The notes: generated from the letters alone by a model not told the origin. A DNA stretch of 64,000 bases from Phycisphaerales bacterium (GCA_905339235.1 CAJPFG010000023.1:89621-153620); one strand, 5' to 3'; counted from the first letter of the stretch, positions 27,801 through 36,780 are shown. Made by a program: numbers and translations.

Positions 27801-28169
27801 TGGGGCGGTCGGATCGCCGACTTCCTCCAGATAGACGAAGACCTGTTCGAGCGTGCGGCCCTGCGCATCCGCGTACGCCCGCACCCACGCCGCCCCGCGC
27901 CTGGCGAGGAACTCTCGCTCGCCCAGAGTGACGCGGACGTCACCCTCCAGCGTCAGCCGGCGAGTAGCGCCCTCTCGCCAATCGTGCACGCGGTTTGCCC
28001 GGAATCGGACCGGACCAGGCATCGCGACGAGATCGAATCGCGTGTTCCCGAAGTCGACCGCGCGGGCGGGCTGTTCCTGCGCCTGCGCGGCCACCGCGGG
28101 GAACGCCCCCATCCCGGCGCACCACGCCGAGAGAGCCCACAGAGTTTTCGCGAAGGCGGTCCCTGCCAT
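24867..28169 (-). CDS. LPS-assembly outer-membrane protein LptD-like (OstA N-domain + large beta-barrel) with a long Pro-rich insertion
   Basis: 1100 aa with signal peptide and an OstA-like N-terminal beta-jellyroll (FDLVAMPGPVRFRANRVH...LTLEGDVRVTLGEREFLARRGAAWV). A second OstA-like segment follows (VLQLTARRAVVFMD...IYLEGDVSASDGVYNVRAPSIYYDLRANRAVMLDAVFW). The ~600-aa C-terminus has beta-strand periodicity and the Tyr/Trp/Phe-rich character typical of an outer-membrane barrel. Confidence 0.6.
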   Translation of the reverse strand: MAGTAFAKTLWALSAWCAGMGAFPAVAAQAQEQPARAVDFGNTRFDLVAMPGPVRFRANRVHDWREGATRRLTLEGDVRVTLGEREFLARRGAAWVRAYADAQGRTLEQVFVYLEEVGDPTAPSGGPGLEAGALPIRAVFVAPQAAEVKGDLVVHAAPESRRREEAALMPPAEAALAKSLRRARGEAAEEPAPPLPKFSPKTPGPRAVAPRPKPPARPGPRVVQTPKTVEPPAPTGPRLTPGPTPSPNPPTPPSPTPAPPPSQPVQPPSPPAPLLPSPAPPPAPDPSPAPVVEAPPPTPAQPAEPPIFGRAGSVTLAPGDVTLVSGEDESAVLVSNGVVMQYVEPARDRVLQLTARRAVVFMDPGRVQDLFNLDASRVRGIYLEGDVSASDGVYNVRAPSIYYDLRANRAVMLDAVFWTYDEVKQLPIYVRAKAVRQTSANSFTAEGARFTNSPFFDPELAIGASRVTVSKRERVVDPPGELAGEEPRTEAYTWVDARNITGRVMGLPVFYWPVYAGDPEQRLIKDIRVENRSGSGGALLTTLNLYPLLGLERPRNVSADILADLYFERGPALGVDADWSSGNQRGSIFAYTLPIDRGWDVMKAGTKFNHENDFRGVLTAEQRWRIDDRWTLMGEAAILSDVRVIDAFFEEQGETRREFTNRLAARRLDGNTYLNAEFSGRFEDFIANEYLLESQGYSVTRTPEVTYVRHADDLLSPGRPGMLTWFSEYRAGRLEMNFDEAFAREHGFTTNFLAQRALGINADQRLADTLRAGGLFEEALYRADTRQELAAHINAGPVVLNPFVVGRVTFWDNDFAAFSAGEDDNVRFWGAVGLRASTTFQRVYNDVDSRLLDIHRIRHIVEPNFTVWAAGTSVEREDVPIYDQDVEAVLDGAMIRVGVNQTIQTQRGGPGRWHQVNLLSLSTDFVSSNDDAGARGPIGRFFDFRPEYSNPGDFLVVDAVARVTDATSVTASGVYDLDAGEQAASSVGLLIRQSPTFLAALDLRYLNPQDTTYLTMALSHELTDKYTMSLAANYDTDKSEFQTVGILMQRRFSSLVLGLGVSTNEITGETGLSFVLRPYGVTGGVGVSNSDAGFNTRMGK

Positions 28170-28287
28170 CGTGGGCGGATGCTACGGACTTTCGGACCGC
28201 CTCGCAAAGGCGGGGGGTGGCGATTGCGCAGGGCAAGCCACCTTCCCCGCCAGGAGTGCCGTTACGCCAAGGCCCGGCTGCGGCCCA

Positions 28288-28440
28288 TCAGGTAGTAGAT
28301 GATGAGGCCGACGAGCGGGACAAAGAGTATCAGCAACAGCCACAGGACCTTGTGGAGCACGGGCTTGCCGCCCGTCAGAATCTCCACGGCCGCGATGATC
28401 CAGAGGATCAGGTGTATCAGGGCCAGAATCGTGTACAGCA
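28288..28440 (-). CDS. Small membrane protein, PLD-nuclease N-terminal (PLDc_N, PF13396)-like
   Basis: Not in the ORF track (50 aa). Translation MLYTILALIHLILWIIAAVEILTGGKPVLHKVLWLLLILFVPLVGLIIYYL* shows the characteristic GK..L.K.LW.L.ILF.P.(V)G.I.YY tail. Confidence 0.5.
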
Positions 28441-28589
28441 TCAGTCACCTCCGTTTCATGGATTGCAACCTTGCACTCCCAATGACGAGGCCTGTGCCGT
28501 TTCTGGATACGTGGTGGCGGGCCGGGGGTTCCACCCGGGCGAGCAGTTCGCATTCGCGTTCTGTACGAGCGATGTGCGGTAAATGAAGT

Positions 28590-29027
28590 CTAACTCGGCG
28601 GGGCTGCGCGCTCTGGTCTCAGGCCTTCGTGTACGTGAGCCATGAAGAGATTCGCCAGGCCGGGGTTACCGAAGAAGCCCACGTCCGTCGCGATCACGGA
28701 CACCGTTTTTGTGCGGCGCTCCACGGTTACGAGCAGGATCAAGCCGCGATCGTCGCGGTAGCGGAAATACGCCCAGCCGTCCGAGTTCTTCTCCCTCAGC
28801 AGCGTCAGGCAGAACTGGTCGGCGACTCTTCGGGTCGCGGCGACGCAGTCGTCGAACTGCACGGGTTCGAAGGCCTGGGCCTTACCGCGGCGCAGGACCG
28901 AGTCGCCCGATTCCGCCATGGTCGCGCCGGCGCTGACCGCGGAGAACTCCAAGCCGGTGCATGCCGGGAGCGCGGCCGCGACCATCGCGAGCGCAACGAG
29001 CACCGCCCTGCGCGGGGAGAGGCTCAT
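28590..29027 (-). CDS. Lipoprotein, uncharacterised
   Basis: Start MSLSPRRAVLVALAMVAAALPACTG (lipobox). ~145 aa mature protein, no family recognised. The track ORF extends upstream to 29216. Confidence 0.45.
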   Translation of the reverse strand: MSLSPRRAVLVALAMVAAALPACTGLEFSAVSAGATMAESGDSVLRRGKAQAFEPVQFDDCVAATRRVADQFCLTLLREKNSDGWAYFRYRDDRGLILLVTVERRTKTVSVIATDVGFFGNPGLANLFMAHVHEGLRPERAAPPS

Positions 29028-30352
29028 GGCGCCCAGACGTTGCTGACGCTCTTGTGCTCGAAGACCGGCACCTTGCCGGGCGCGGGGGCGCCATTCAGAT
29101 GGATTTTCCCGCTGGTCAGCCCGGGGAAATGCTCGCCCTGCCAGGACGCGGGGTAGTTTCGGTCGTCGATCTTCAGCGCGGCCCTGGTGGGGAAGAGAGG
29201 TCGAAAGGTGTCGCACATCACCGCGAGTTCGCCGGTGTACGTGGCCTCGAGAGAGGCCTCGATGGTGCCGGGGTGCGGGCCGTGGGGGATGCCTTGCGGG
29301 TGAAGCGTGAGGCTGCCGACCTCGATGCCCTTGCGCGACCCGAAGTTTCCTTCGACGTAATACAGGACTTCGTCGGAGTCGAGGTTGCTGTGGTTGTAGG
29401 GGACCTTGATGGCCTGCGGGTGGTAGTCGAGCATCCGCGGACAGAAGGAGCAGATGACGAAGTTGTGGGCCTCGAAGGTCTGGTGAATCGGCGGGGGCAT
29501 GTGCAGGGCCCCGGTGATGGGCGAAAAATCGGCGACGTTAAAGACGAAGGGGTAGTAGCAGCCGTCCCAGCCGACAATGTCCAGCGGGTGATAGTGGTAC
29601 ACGTACTCGTGCACGAGGTCGCGGGCCTTGATCCGCACGGGGAAGTCGCCTTTTTCGTCCCACGTCAGCGGGGCCTCCGGGATCTTGAGATCACGCTCGC
29701 AGAACGGAGCGTGCTCGAGGTACTGGCCGGTGGCCTTGCTCACGTAGCGCGGCGGGGGGCCGATGTGGCTGCCGTTGGTCGTCTCGATGAGCAGGAACTT
29801 GCCGAAGGGACAGTCGGCGATCGGCGGGCCGCCGTCCCTGGGCTTGCCGTCCGCGCCGTTCTCGCGATGGTCCCACACGACCGTGTAGATCACGCCCTTG
29901 GGGATCACCAGGTAATCGCGCGGCCCGAACTTGAGCGTGCCCAGCATGGTGTGGCAGACGCCCGAGCCGTAGTGAACAAAGAAGCACTCATCGCCCTGAC
30001 CGTTCTTGAAGTGGTAGCCCATCTGCTCGGCGGGGTTGCCCACGGCCATCTCGCAATCGGAGTTCCCGAAGAGCACGACGCGCCCGGTGACGAAGTCGCC
30101 GTCGGGCTTCATGGGCGCCGACTTGAGGTGGCGCATCCGCATGATGTCGTGTTCGACGAACTCGACCTTCGTCCCGTAGACCGGCTTCCACCCGTAGACC
30201 TGGGTGGGCGGGTGGATGTGGTACATGGTGGTGGTTGGGCCGACGAATCCCTCGGTGCCGAATACCTCTTCGGAGTACAGGCACCCGTCGGGCCGGCGGA
30301 ACTGCACGTGGCGCTTGCGGGGGAGCAGACCGAGTTTGGTGTAGTACGGCAT
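29024..30352 (-). CDS. hmgA: Homogentisate 1,2-dioxygenase
   Basis: MPYYTKLGLLPRKRHVQFRRPDG...GFVGPTTTMYHIHPPTQV...ECFFVHYGSGVCHTMLGTLKFGPRDYLVIPKGVIYTV...PLDIVGWDGCYYPFVFNVADFSPITG...FVICSFCPRMLDYHPQAIKVPYNHSNLDSDEVLYYVEG...HPQGIPHGPHPG is canonical HmgA. The track ORF's N-terminal extension (to 30811) looks artefactual. Confidence 0.9.
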   Translation of the reverse strand: MPYYTKLGLLPRKRHVQFRRPDGCLYSEEVFGTEGFVGPTTTMYHIHPPTQVYGWKPVYGTKVEFVEHDIMRMRHLKSAPMKPDGDFVTGRVVLFGNSDCEMAVGNPAEQMGYHFKNGQGDECFFVHYGSGVCHTMLGTLKFGPRDYLVIPKGVIYTVVWDHRENGADGKPRDGGPPIADCPFGKFLLIETTNGSHIGPPPRYVSKATGQYLEHAPFCERDLKIPEAPLTWDEKGDFPVRIKARDLVHEYVYHYHPLDIVGWDGCYYPFVFNVADFSPITGALHMPPPIHQTFEAHNFVICSFCPRMLDYHPQAIKVPYNHSNLDSDEVLYYVEGNFGSRKGIEVGSLTLHPQGIPHGPHPGTIEASLEATYTGELAVMCDTFRPLFPTRAALKIDDRNYPASWQGEHFPGLTSGKIHLNGAPAPGKVPVFEHKSVSNVWAP

Positions 30353-30419
30353 GGCGGACTCCTTGCGGTGAAGTTTACGCCGGAACGCGCGCCCGGCCGA
30401 GCGACGCGGATCACTAGGA

Positions 30420-30872
30420 TTGTCCATGGCACTCACACTTCCGCGCGGGCTGGACCGGGCAGATCGGGCGATCGCGACGCGGCTGGGTCGGCTGGGTGTG
30501 CCGGCGCTGCGGTGGTCGCTGGCGCTTGTCTTCGTCTGGTTCGGGCTGCTCAAGCCGCTGGGCGCGAGCCCGGCCAACGAACTGGTGACGCGCACGGTGT
30601 ACTGGTTCGACCCCGCGTGGTTCGTGCCGCTGCTGGGATGGTGGGAGGTGTCGATCGGGGTGTGCATGACGATCCCGCGCCTCAACCGCCTGGCGATCCT
30701 CCTGCTGGCGCTCCAGATGCCCGGCACGTTCCTGCCGCTGGTGCTGCTGCCGGATGTCTGCTGGACCCACGCCCCCTGGGCCCCCACGCTGGAAGGCCAG
30801 TACATCATCAAAAACCTCGTGCTGATCGCGGCCGCGATGGCGGTGGGGGGAGCGGTGAGGCGGGGGCGATGA
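30420..30872 (+). CDS. DUF417-family (YkgB-like) inner-membrane protein
   Basis: LRWSLALVFVWFGLLKPLG...WWEVSIGVCM...PTLEGQYIIKNLVLIAAAMAV; four TM helices; divergent from hmgA. Confidence 0.5.
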   Translation: MSMALTLPRGLDRADRAIATRLGRLGVPALRWSLALVFVWFGLLKPLGASPANELVTRTVYWFDPAWFVPLLGWWEVSIGVCMTIPRLNRLAILLLALQMPGTFLPLVLLPDVCWTHAPWAPTLEGQYIIKNLVLIAAAMAVGGAVRRGR

Positions 30873-31139
30873 GTGAGGAATGCGGAATGGTGAATGATGA
30901 GCGTGGTGCGGGGTGCTGAGTCCCGGGTGCAGAGTGCCGGGTCCTGAGTCCGAAGCGCGGGTCACGGACGCCCCCTGCCACTCGTGGCAAGGCGGAGTGC
31001 CTGTTGTATCCGGCGTGCAACTTGCACTCCGGTCATCGCGGAGCCGACAATGATCGCACGGCCGGCGGAGGGCATGAGGCCCGCGCCGGTCATCGCAGGT
31101 CGGGACGCCGGTTCTCCGGCTCACCGACGGGAGGTGCTC

Positions 31140-32861
31140 ATGGGTTTCGCCGTGCTGATTCTCTGCGTGATCGTGGCGCTGGTGCTCCTGGTTGCGAGTT
31201 TCGGGCCGCGTCTGTCCGGCGTGGCCAAGCCGATGCGGTTCGGCGCTGCGGTCCTTGTCCTTCTCGGCTTCACGATGGCGTCGATGGTGTACGTCCCCTC
31301 CGACAGCGTGGGAATCGTCCACAAGAACATGCTCGGCGCCTCGCTTCGAGAAGGCAAGATCGTGGCGGTGGACGGGGAGATGGGCGTGCAGGCCGACATG
31401 CTCGCCCCGGGGCTTCACCTGTGGTACTGGCCGCTGATCTACGACGTGGACACCGTGCCGCTGGTGGATGTCCAGTCGGGGCAGGTGGGGTTGATCGAGA
31501 CCACCGACGGTCTGCCGATGGACGAGGGCCAGTTGTTCGCCCCGGAATGGAAGAACGACGAGATCCAGAAGATGCTCGACGCCCGGTACTTCCTGACCAC
31601 CGGCAAGGGGCGCAAGGGCAAGCAGGTGACGGTGCTTACGCCGGGCAAATACCGGCTCAACACGCGCCTGTACAGCGTGCGGATGGTGGAGCAAACCGAG
31701 ATCCTGCAGGGCGAGGTCGGCGTGTTAAAGGCGAACTTCGGCAAGCCCGCGAGCATCATCCTCAATCGGGATTCCAAGCCCGACGACAAACTGGCCGAGG
31801 AGCCGATCGTCCTCGCCAAGGCCGGCGAGATGGGGATCCGCCAGGAAGTGCTCTTGCCCGGGAAGTATCCGCTCAACACCGAGGCCTACACGCTCATCGA
31901 GATGTGGACCACGGAGATGGTCGCCCAGTTCGCGGCCCTGCCGGTCGCCGGGCGCGACGAATACGGGTCTCAGGGCGACTCCAAGGCGAGCAAGGCGCAA
32001 CCCCGGCCAGGCCAGCAGCAGACCCAGCAGCAGATCGCGCAGGAAAAGGTCCTGCACGCCTCGCCGATGGAAGAACGCGAGATCACCGTTCGCACTAATG
32101 ACGGGTTCACCTTCCCCGTGGACGTGCGAATCGAGTACTTCGTGTCCGCGGCCAACGCGCCGGTCGTGGTTTCCAAACTCGGGGACGATGAGGGCGACCG
32201 CTTCCGCAACGCGCTGAATTCCGCGGTGCGGGCGATCTTCCGCAACAACGCCGAGACCGTGCGGGCGCTCGACTACGTGCAGCAGCGATCAATGCAGGAG
32301 ACCCAGTCGCTCACGGCGCTGGAATCCCAGATGGCGCGCTACGGCGTGACCGTCACCGCCGTGCGGATCGGCAACGTGGGTGACGAGCAGTCGCTGGGGG
32401 CGCTGCTCAAGACCCAGACCGACCGCGAACTGGCCAAGCAGGAGCAGTTGACGTTCCAGGAGCAGCAGAAGGCCGCGGCCCAGAAGAAGGAACTCACCCG
32501 CGCCACCCAGGAGAGCGAGGAAGAGAAGAAACTCGCCACCGCGTCGTACTCGGTGAAGATCGCGGCCGAGGAGCAGAAGCGCAAAATCACGGAAGCGGAG
32601 GCGGAGGCCAAGTCCACGACCATCAAGGCCGAGGCCCAGGCCCTCGCCTACGAGAAGATCGCCCAGCAGATCGGGATGCGCAACGCGGCCATGATCGAGA
32701 TACTCAAGATTGTCGGCGAACGTCAGATACAGATCACCCCGCGAATCATGGTGATCGGCGACGGCGCGGGCGGGTCGGGCGCGGGGACGGCGCTCATCGG
32801 GACGATGCTGGACCGGATGGTGGTGGAGGAGGAAAAAACAAAGCCTTCGGTGCCGCGGTAA
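31140..32861 (+). CDS. SPFH/band-7 (flotillin-like) membrane protein
   Basis: N-terminal TM helix, SPFH-like region (VPSDSVGIVHKNMLG...VDVQSGQVGLIETTDGLPM...), then a long C-terminal Glu/Ala/Lys/Gln-rich coiled coil (AEEQKRKITEAEAEAKSTTIKAEAQALAYEKIAQQIG) typical of flotillins such as YqiK. Confidence 0.6.
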   Translation: MGFAVLILCVIVALVLLVASFGPRLSGVAKPMRFGAAVLVLLGFTMASMVYVPSDSVGIVHKNMLGASLREGKIVAVDGEMGVQADMLAPGLHLWYWPLIYDVDTVPLVDVQSGQVGLIETTDGLPMDEGQLFAPEWKNDEIQKMLDARYFLTTGKGRKGKQVTVLTPGKYRLNTRLYSVRMVEQTEILQGEVGVLKANFGKPASIILNRDSKPDDKLAEEPIVLAKAGEMGIRQEVLLPGKYPLNTEAYTLIEMWTTEMVAQFAALPVAGRDEYGSQGDSKASKAQPRPGQQQTQQQIAQEKVLHASPMEEREITVRTNDGFTFPVDVRIEYFVSAANAPVVVSKLGDDEGDRFRNALNSAVRAIFRNNAETVRALDYVQQRSMQETQSLTALESQMARYGVTVTAVRIGNVGDEQSLGALLKTQTDRELAKQEQLTFQEQQKAAAQKKELTRATQESEEEKKLATASYSVKIAAEEQKRKITEAEAEAKSTTIKAEAQALAYEKIAQQIGMRNAAMIEILKIVGERQIQITPRIMVIGDGAGGSGAGTALIGTMLDRMVVEEEKTKPSVPR

Positions 32862-32890
32862 GTCGGTCGCGCGGGGGCCTCCACCAACTT

Positions 32891-33784
32891 CTACCTTGGG
32901 TTGTTGACCCAGCCGTAGGGCTGTGGCAGGCCCCACCGCCCGGTGCGATCCGAGATCGCGAACCACGTCGAGTTCAGCGCCCTCGTGTTCACGTACAGAT
33001 CGTTGCCGATGAAGTCGGAGTTGGCGCTGGCCGCTCTCTCCTGCGCGTCGCTCGCGGGCTTGATCATGGCCACCGAGCCGTCGAGAAAACTCATGTGACC
33101 GGCCCGGCTGTGGCGGGTCGAGAGTTGGTCCACGTTCCCGAACATCCCGTCGCGGTAGTCCGCGCCGTTGTAGAACCACGTGCTCTCTTCGAAGAAGATG
33201 GGCAGATTCTGGAGGTAGACCACCGGGGTCGCCAGTCCGGGATTGAGGTACGCCGGGGCGAGCGTCGGCGTGTTCGCCGAGGCCGGTGGCGCCATCAGGC
33301 AGTATCCCTGCCAGCCCAGTCTGCACCCTTCGGTCTCGTCGAGCATCGTGTAGTCAAAGTCAACGCCTGTCTGGCTGGCCCACATATTCGACCTGACGCT
33401 GCCATCGGCGGCGCCGCGCTTGTTGGTGGGGCACTCACCCACGACGTGGGCATTCGAGACGTACGAGTAGAGGTATCCGGGCTGCGCCTCGCCATTCACA
33501 ACCAGCCGCGCCCAGTTCGCGACGAAGTACGGAAAGCCCGGCTGGTTCTGGTCGCGGTCCCCATTGGCCAAACGCGGAGCCACGGGCCAAACTCGGTCCT
33601 TGTAGTCCATCGCGTAGGACACCGCGGCCAGACCGAACTGGCTCATGTTCGCCCGGCACTTGATCGCCCGCCCCGACTCCCGGGACTTGCCCAGCGCCGG
33701 CAGGAGCAGCCCGATCAGCACGGCGATGACCGCGATGACGACCAGCAACTCGATGAGCGTGAATGCCCGCGCCTTGCATTTCAT
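32891..33784 (-). CDS. Prepilin-type N-terminal cleavage/methylation domain protein (DUF1559 / H-X9-DG family, planctomycete-type)
   Basis: [31 protein letters not shown] is a class III signal peptide with pseudopilin N-terminus. The C-terminus carries HMSFLDGSV. Confidence 0.8.
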   Translation of the reverse strand: MKCKARAFTLIELLVVIAVIAVLIGLLLPALGKSRESGRAIKCRANMSQFGLAAVSYAMDYKDRVWPVAPRLANGDRDQNQPGFPYFVANWARLVVNGEAQPGYLYSYVSNAHVVGECPTNKRGAADGSVRSNMWASQTGVDFDYTMLDETEGCRLGWQGYCLMAPPASANTPTLAPAYLNPGLATPVVYLQNLPIFFEESTWFYNGADYRDGMFGNVDQLSTRHSRAGHMSFLDGSVAMIKPASDAQERAASANSDFIGNDLYVNTRALNSTWFAISDRTGRWGLPQPYGWVNNPR

Positions 33785-33933
33785 GGGCTTCTCCGGTCGA
33801 GACCCCGACCCTCAGATGTCCCGATGTTACCACGGGATGGAGCAGCGGCCAAGCCGCATTGTCTCGGGTAACCGCATAATGACGCGCATATTCCGCGGGC
33901 GGACCCGCCCGGGTGGACGGCTCGCCGGCGCCC

Positions 33934-34254
33934 TCAGGACTCCGGCGCAATCTCTCGAAGGTACTCCCACGAGTAGATCCCTGTATCGTGCCCATCGGAG
34001 AATCGCACCCACAGCGCGTAGTTCCCCCGCAGTTCCGCCTCCAAAATCGTCAGCGGGCCCGAGCCGCCGTAGTTGGGCGGGAGCACCGTCAGCGGGTTCG
34101 CGGCCATCTGCTCGCGCAGGGCTTTCATGTCCGCGCTGGGCGACATCTTCCGCAGGTACGCCACCGAGAAGTACGACGTGGTGCCGTCGGCCCATTCGAT
34201 CGTGAGGCCGCGGTCCTTCTTGATATCGAGCCGCTGTGGCGTATCGGGCACCAT
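33934..34254 (-). CDS. DUF971 (gamma-butyrobetaine hydroxylase-like N-terminal domain) protein
   Basis: MVPDTPQRLDIKKDRGLTIEWADGTTSYFSVAYLRKMSPSADMK...LWVRFSDGHDTGIYSWEYLREI. The track ORF (to 35025) is a spurious extension antisense to pyrF. Confidence 0.65.
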   Translation of the reverse strand: MVPDTPQRLDIKKDRGLTIEWADGTTSYFSVAYLRKMSPSADMKALREQMAANPLTVLPPNYGGSGPLTILEAELRGNYALWVRFSDGHDTGIYSWEYLREIAPES

Positions 34255-34344
34255 CAACCGTATGCTCCCGCGCCCGGTCTCCCGGGAGGCTGGTGGGGGT
34301 GGGATGAGGCGTGAGGGTGGATGTGAGGGTGGGGTGGAGGCAGC

Positions 34345-35193
34345 ATGCACTTTGCGGACCGACTCGACGCGGCGATGCGGAAGGCGGGAAGCCCCGGAGT
34401 GGGGGTGTGCGTGGGGCTGGACCCGGTCCTGGAAAACCTTCCCGAGACGCTGCGAGTGACCCACCACGAGCCGCTGCGGGCGATCTCGGAGTTTGGCTCG
34501 GGCGTGCTTCGCGCCGTCGCCGGCGTGGTCCCCGCGGTGAAGTTCCAGTCGGCCTGCTACGAGCGGTACGGTTCCAAAGGCGTGGCCGTGTTGGAGCAGC
34601 ACGCGTTGGAGGCCGCGACGCTCGGATTGACGGTGGTGTTGGACGCCAAGCGGGGCGACATCGGGATCTCGGCGAACCACTACGCCGCGGCCGCGGCAAA
34701 GTTGGGAGCGCACGCGGTGACGGTCAGCGGCTATCTGGGCCCCAGCGGCGTGGCGCCTTTCCTGGAGGCGGGGCTGGGCGTCTTCGTGCTGGTGCGGACG
34801 AGCAATCCCGACAGCGACGCCGTGCAGTCGCACGCTCTCGCCGACGGCCGCACGGTCGCCGGAATGATGGCCGATCTCGTGAAGGACCTGGGCGCCGGGA
34901 GAATGGGTGAGTGCGGGCTCTCGGCCGCGGGGGCGGTGGTGGGGGCCACGAAGTCCGCCGAAGGCGCGGCCCTGCGAGCACGCATGCCCGATCAGGTTTT
35001 CCTGGTCCCCGGCTATGGAGCGCAAGGCGGTACCGCCGAAGACATTCGAGCGCTGCTCCGCCCCGACCGCCGCGGCGTGCTCGTCACCGCCAGCCGGTCG
35101 ATCATCTACGCCAAGGGTGAGAGGAGTTGGATCGACAACATCGCCGCCGCGGCCAAATCCCTTCGCGACGAAATAGCCGCCATCCTCCGGTAG
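34345..35193 (+). CDS. pyrF: Orotidine 5'-phosphate decarboxylase (type 2)
   Basis: VGLDP...VVPAVKFQSACYERYG...LTVVLDAKRGDIGISANHYA...VFLVPGYGAQGG matches the long-form OMP decarboxylase. Confidence 0.85.
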   Translation: MHFADRLDAAMRKAGSPGVGVCVGLDPVLENLPETLRVTHHEPLRAISEFGSGVLRAVAGVVPAVKFQSACYERYGSKGVAVLEQHALEAATLGLTVVLDAKRGDIGISANHYAAAAAKLGAHAVTVSGYLGPSGVAPFLEAGLGVFVLVRTSNPDSDAVQSHALADGRTVAGMMADLVKDLGAGRMGECGLSAAGAVVGATKSAEGAALRARMPDQVFLVPGYGAQGGTAEDIRALLRPDRRGVLVTASRSIIYAKGERSWIDNIAAAAKSLRDEIAAILR

Positions 35194-35271
35194 CCTCTCG
35201 CCTCTCGCCTACGAAAGACAACCGCCCGCCTCAAACAGACGGGCGAGCGGTTGTGAAGGTGGATCGAATGT

Positions 35272-36009
35272 TCAGCGGCGGCGTCGTCGCAGGGCCGCGA
35301 CTCCCGCGAGGCCGGTCAAGGCCAGGGCGCCCGGGGCCGGGATGAAGTTGGCCATGCCGGAGAACGAAGCCTCGCTGTTCCACGACTGAACCGGGAGTCC
35401 ATTCAGAGAGTTCACGGGCACTCCGGGGATACCTCCGTTGTTGATGGCGGTAAGCGTGAACGCCCCATCGCGAGGTCCCACCGGAGTTCCGCCGTTGAAC
35501 AGGCCGTAGGCCGGAAGGTCGCCACCATTCCAGACGTAGGTGACGGTGGCCCATGCGCTGCTGAAGGACATCGCGCCCGCGTCATCCCACGTGGTGGGCG
35601 AGACCGGGCCGGAGCCGTTGCCCACCACCGTCAGCAGGCCGCCCTCCAGTGTGCTCGACATGATGATCGAGCCGTTGTTGAAGTCGTGGAACCGGAATGT
35701 GCCGGTTACGCCGTAGTTGTGCGCGTACTTGCCGGGCAGGGGCATCGCCGAACTGCCCAGATAGTTGATCGAGAACGAGGCCACGAACTCAGTCTGGAAC
35801 GAGAGCGCGGGCGCCGGTCCGTTGTTGTCGTCCACGAGCAGGATCACCGGCTGATTGGCCGCGCCCGGACCGATGATCGACGACCCGGACCCCCGGAACA
35901 TCGGATCAAAGGGCAGGTTGTCGGAGGCGAAACTGAAGGTCGCGGCCTGGGCGCACGAAGCGGCCGCCAAGCCTGCCATCGCGGCGAAGGTACGGATCAT
36001 CATGAGCAC
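35272..36009 (-). CDS. Secreted PEP-CTERM-type protein, paralog 1 of a tandem family
   Basis: Signal peptide, conserved N-terminal motif ATFSFASD, and C-terminal sorting signal IPAPGALALTGLAGVAALRRRRR. Confidence 0.7.
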   Translation of the reverse strand: MLMMIRTFAAMAGLAAASCAQAATFSFASDNLPFDPMFRGSGSSIIGPGAANQPVILLVDDNNGPAPALSFQTEFVASFSINYLGSSAMPLPGKYAHNYGVTGTFRFHDFNNGSIIMSSTLEGGLLTVVGNGSGPVSPTTWDDAGAMSFSSAWATVTYVWNGGDLPAYGLFNGGTPVGPRDGAFTLTAINNGGIPGVPVNSLNGLPVQSWNSEASFSGMANFIPAPGALALTGLAGVAALRRRRR

Positions 36010-36036
36010 TCCCTTCCTCTCACAACCGAACGGACT

Positions 36037-36780
36037 TCACGAGGCGCGACGGCGTCGAACCGCGAGCAGGCTTCCCACGCCCGCCAGCACAAGTGCGCCG
36101 GGAACGGGGATGTTGGCGGTGGCGGAGTGCGATGACTCTGACCACCAGCGATCCATGGGCAGCATGGTCTGGGTGTTGAGAGCGGCGCCGGGGGCCTGGC
36201 CGCCATAGGGCAGGGCGCCGCTGGAGTTGAGGGCGGTGAGGTCGAAGCCGAAGCCGCGGGGCGACCCGAGCAGCGGCCCGGGCAGCAGCCCATAGCCGGG
36301 CAAGGCGGCTCCGCCCCAGACCATGTTGACGACGCCGTTGGGCGTGTCGTCAACCTGCAGCGCGGCGGTGGTGAACCACGACGCCGCGCCGCCGCGAGCC
36401 GTGAAGAGCGCGTTCGCGAAGTTCACGGTGAGCAGTTGCACGCCGGAGGCGACATCCACGAACGAATAGGTGCCTTCGGCGAGGTAGTTGTGCGAGAAGG
36501 CCCCCCCTCCCAGCGGCACGCTGCCGACGTAGTTCATGTGCACAACCGCGTCGAACTGCACGGAAACGCTCAGGTAAGGCAGCGGTCCGTTGTTGTCGTC
36601 GATCTGTAGCGTGAGGTACTGGTTGGGCCCCGTCGCGTCACGGAACATGCTCGGGTCATTCTGGAACCCGCCCGTAAACGTCCAGGCCGTGTCGGCCGTG
36701 TCGGAGGCGAAACTGAAGAACGCGCCCTGAGCGCTCCCCGCCGCGGCCGCGAGCACGAGCAGTGTTGAACGAAGTTTCAT
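36037..36780 (-). CDS. Secreted PEP-CTERM-type protein, paralog 2
   Basis: MKLRSTLLVLAAAAGSAQGAFFSFASD...IPVPGALVLAGVGSLLAVRRRRAS; ATG chosen at 36780. Confidence 0.7.
   Translation of the reverse strand: MKLRSTLLVLAAAAGSAQGAFFSFASDTADTAWTFTGGFQNDPSMFRDATGPNQYLTLQIDDNNGPLPYLSVSVQFDAVVHMNYVGSVPLGGGAFSHNYLAEGTYSFVDVASGVQLLTVNFANALFTARGGAASWFTTAALQVDDTPNGVVNMVWGGAALPGYGLLPGPLLGSPRGFGFDLTALNSSGALPYGGQAPGAALNTQTMLPMDRWWSESSHSATANIPVPGALVLAGVGSLLAVRRRRAS

Noticed and set aside
30984-31139. N-terminal 52-codon extension of the flotillin-like ORF
   Set aside because: Arg/Cys/Pro-rich junk. The protein plausibly starts at ATG 31140 (MGFAVLILCVIV..., TM helix).
34255-35025. Upstream 770 nt of the minus-strand ORF 33934-35025
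   Set aside because: Antisense to pyrF, which has clear OMP decarboxylase motifs. Only the last 106 codons (DUF971) are a believable gene.
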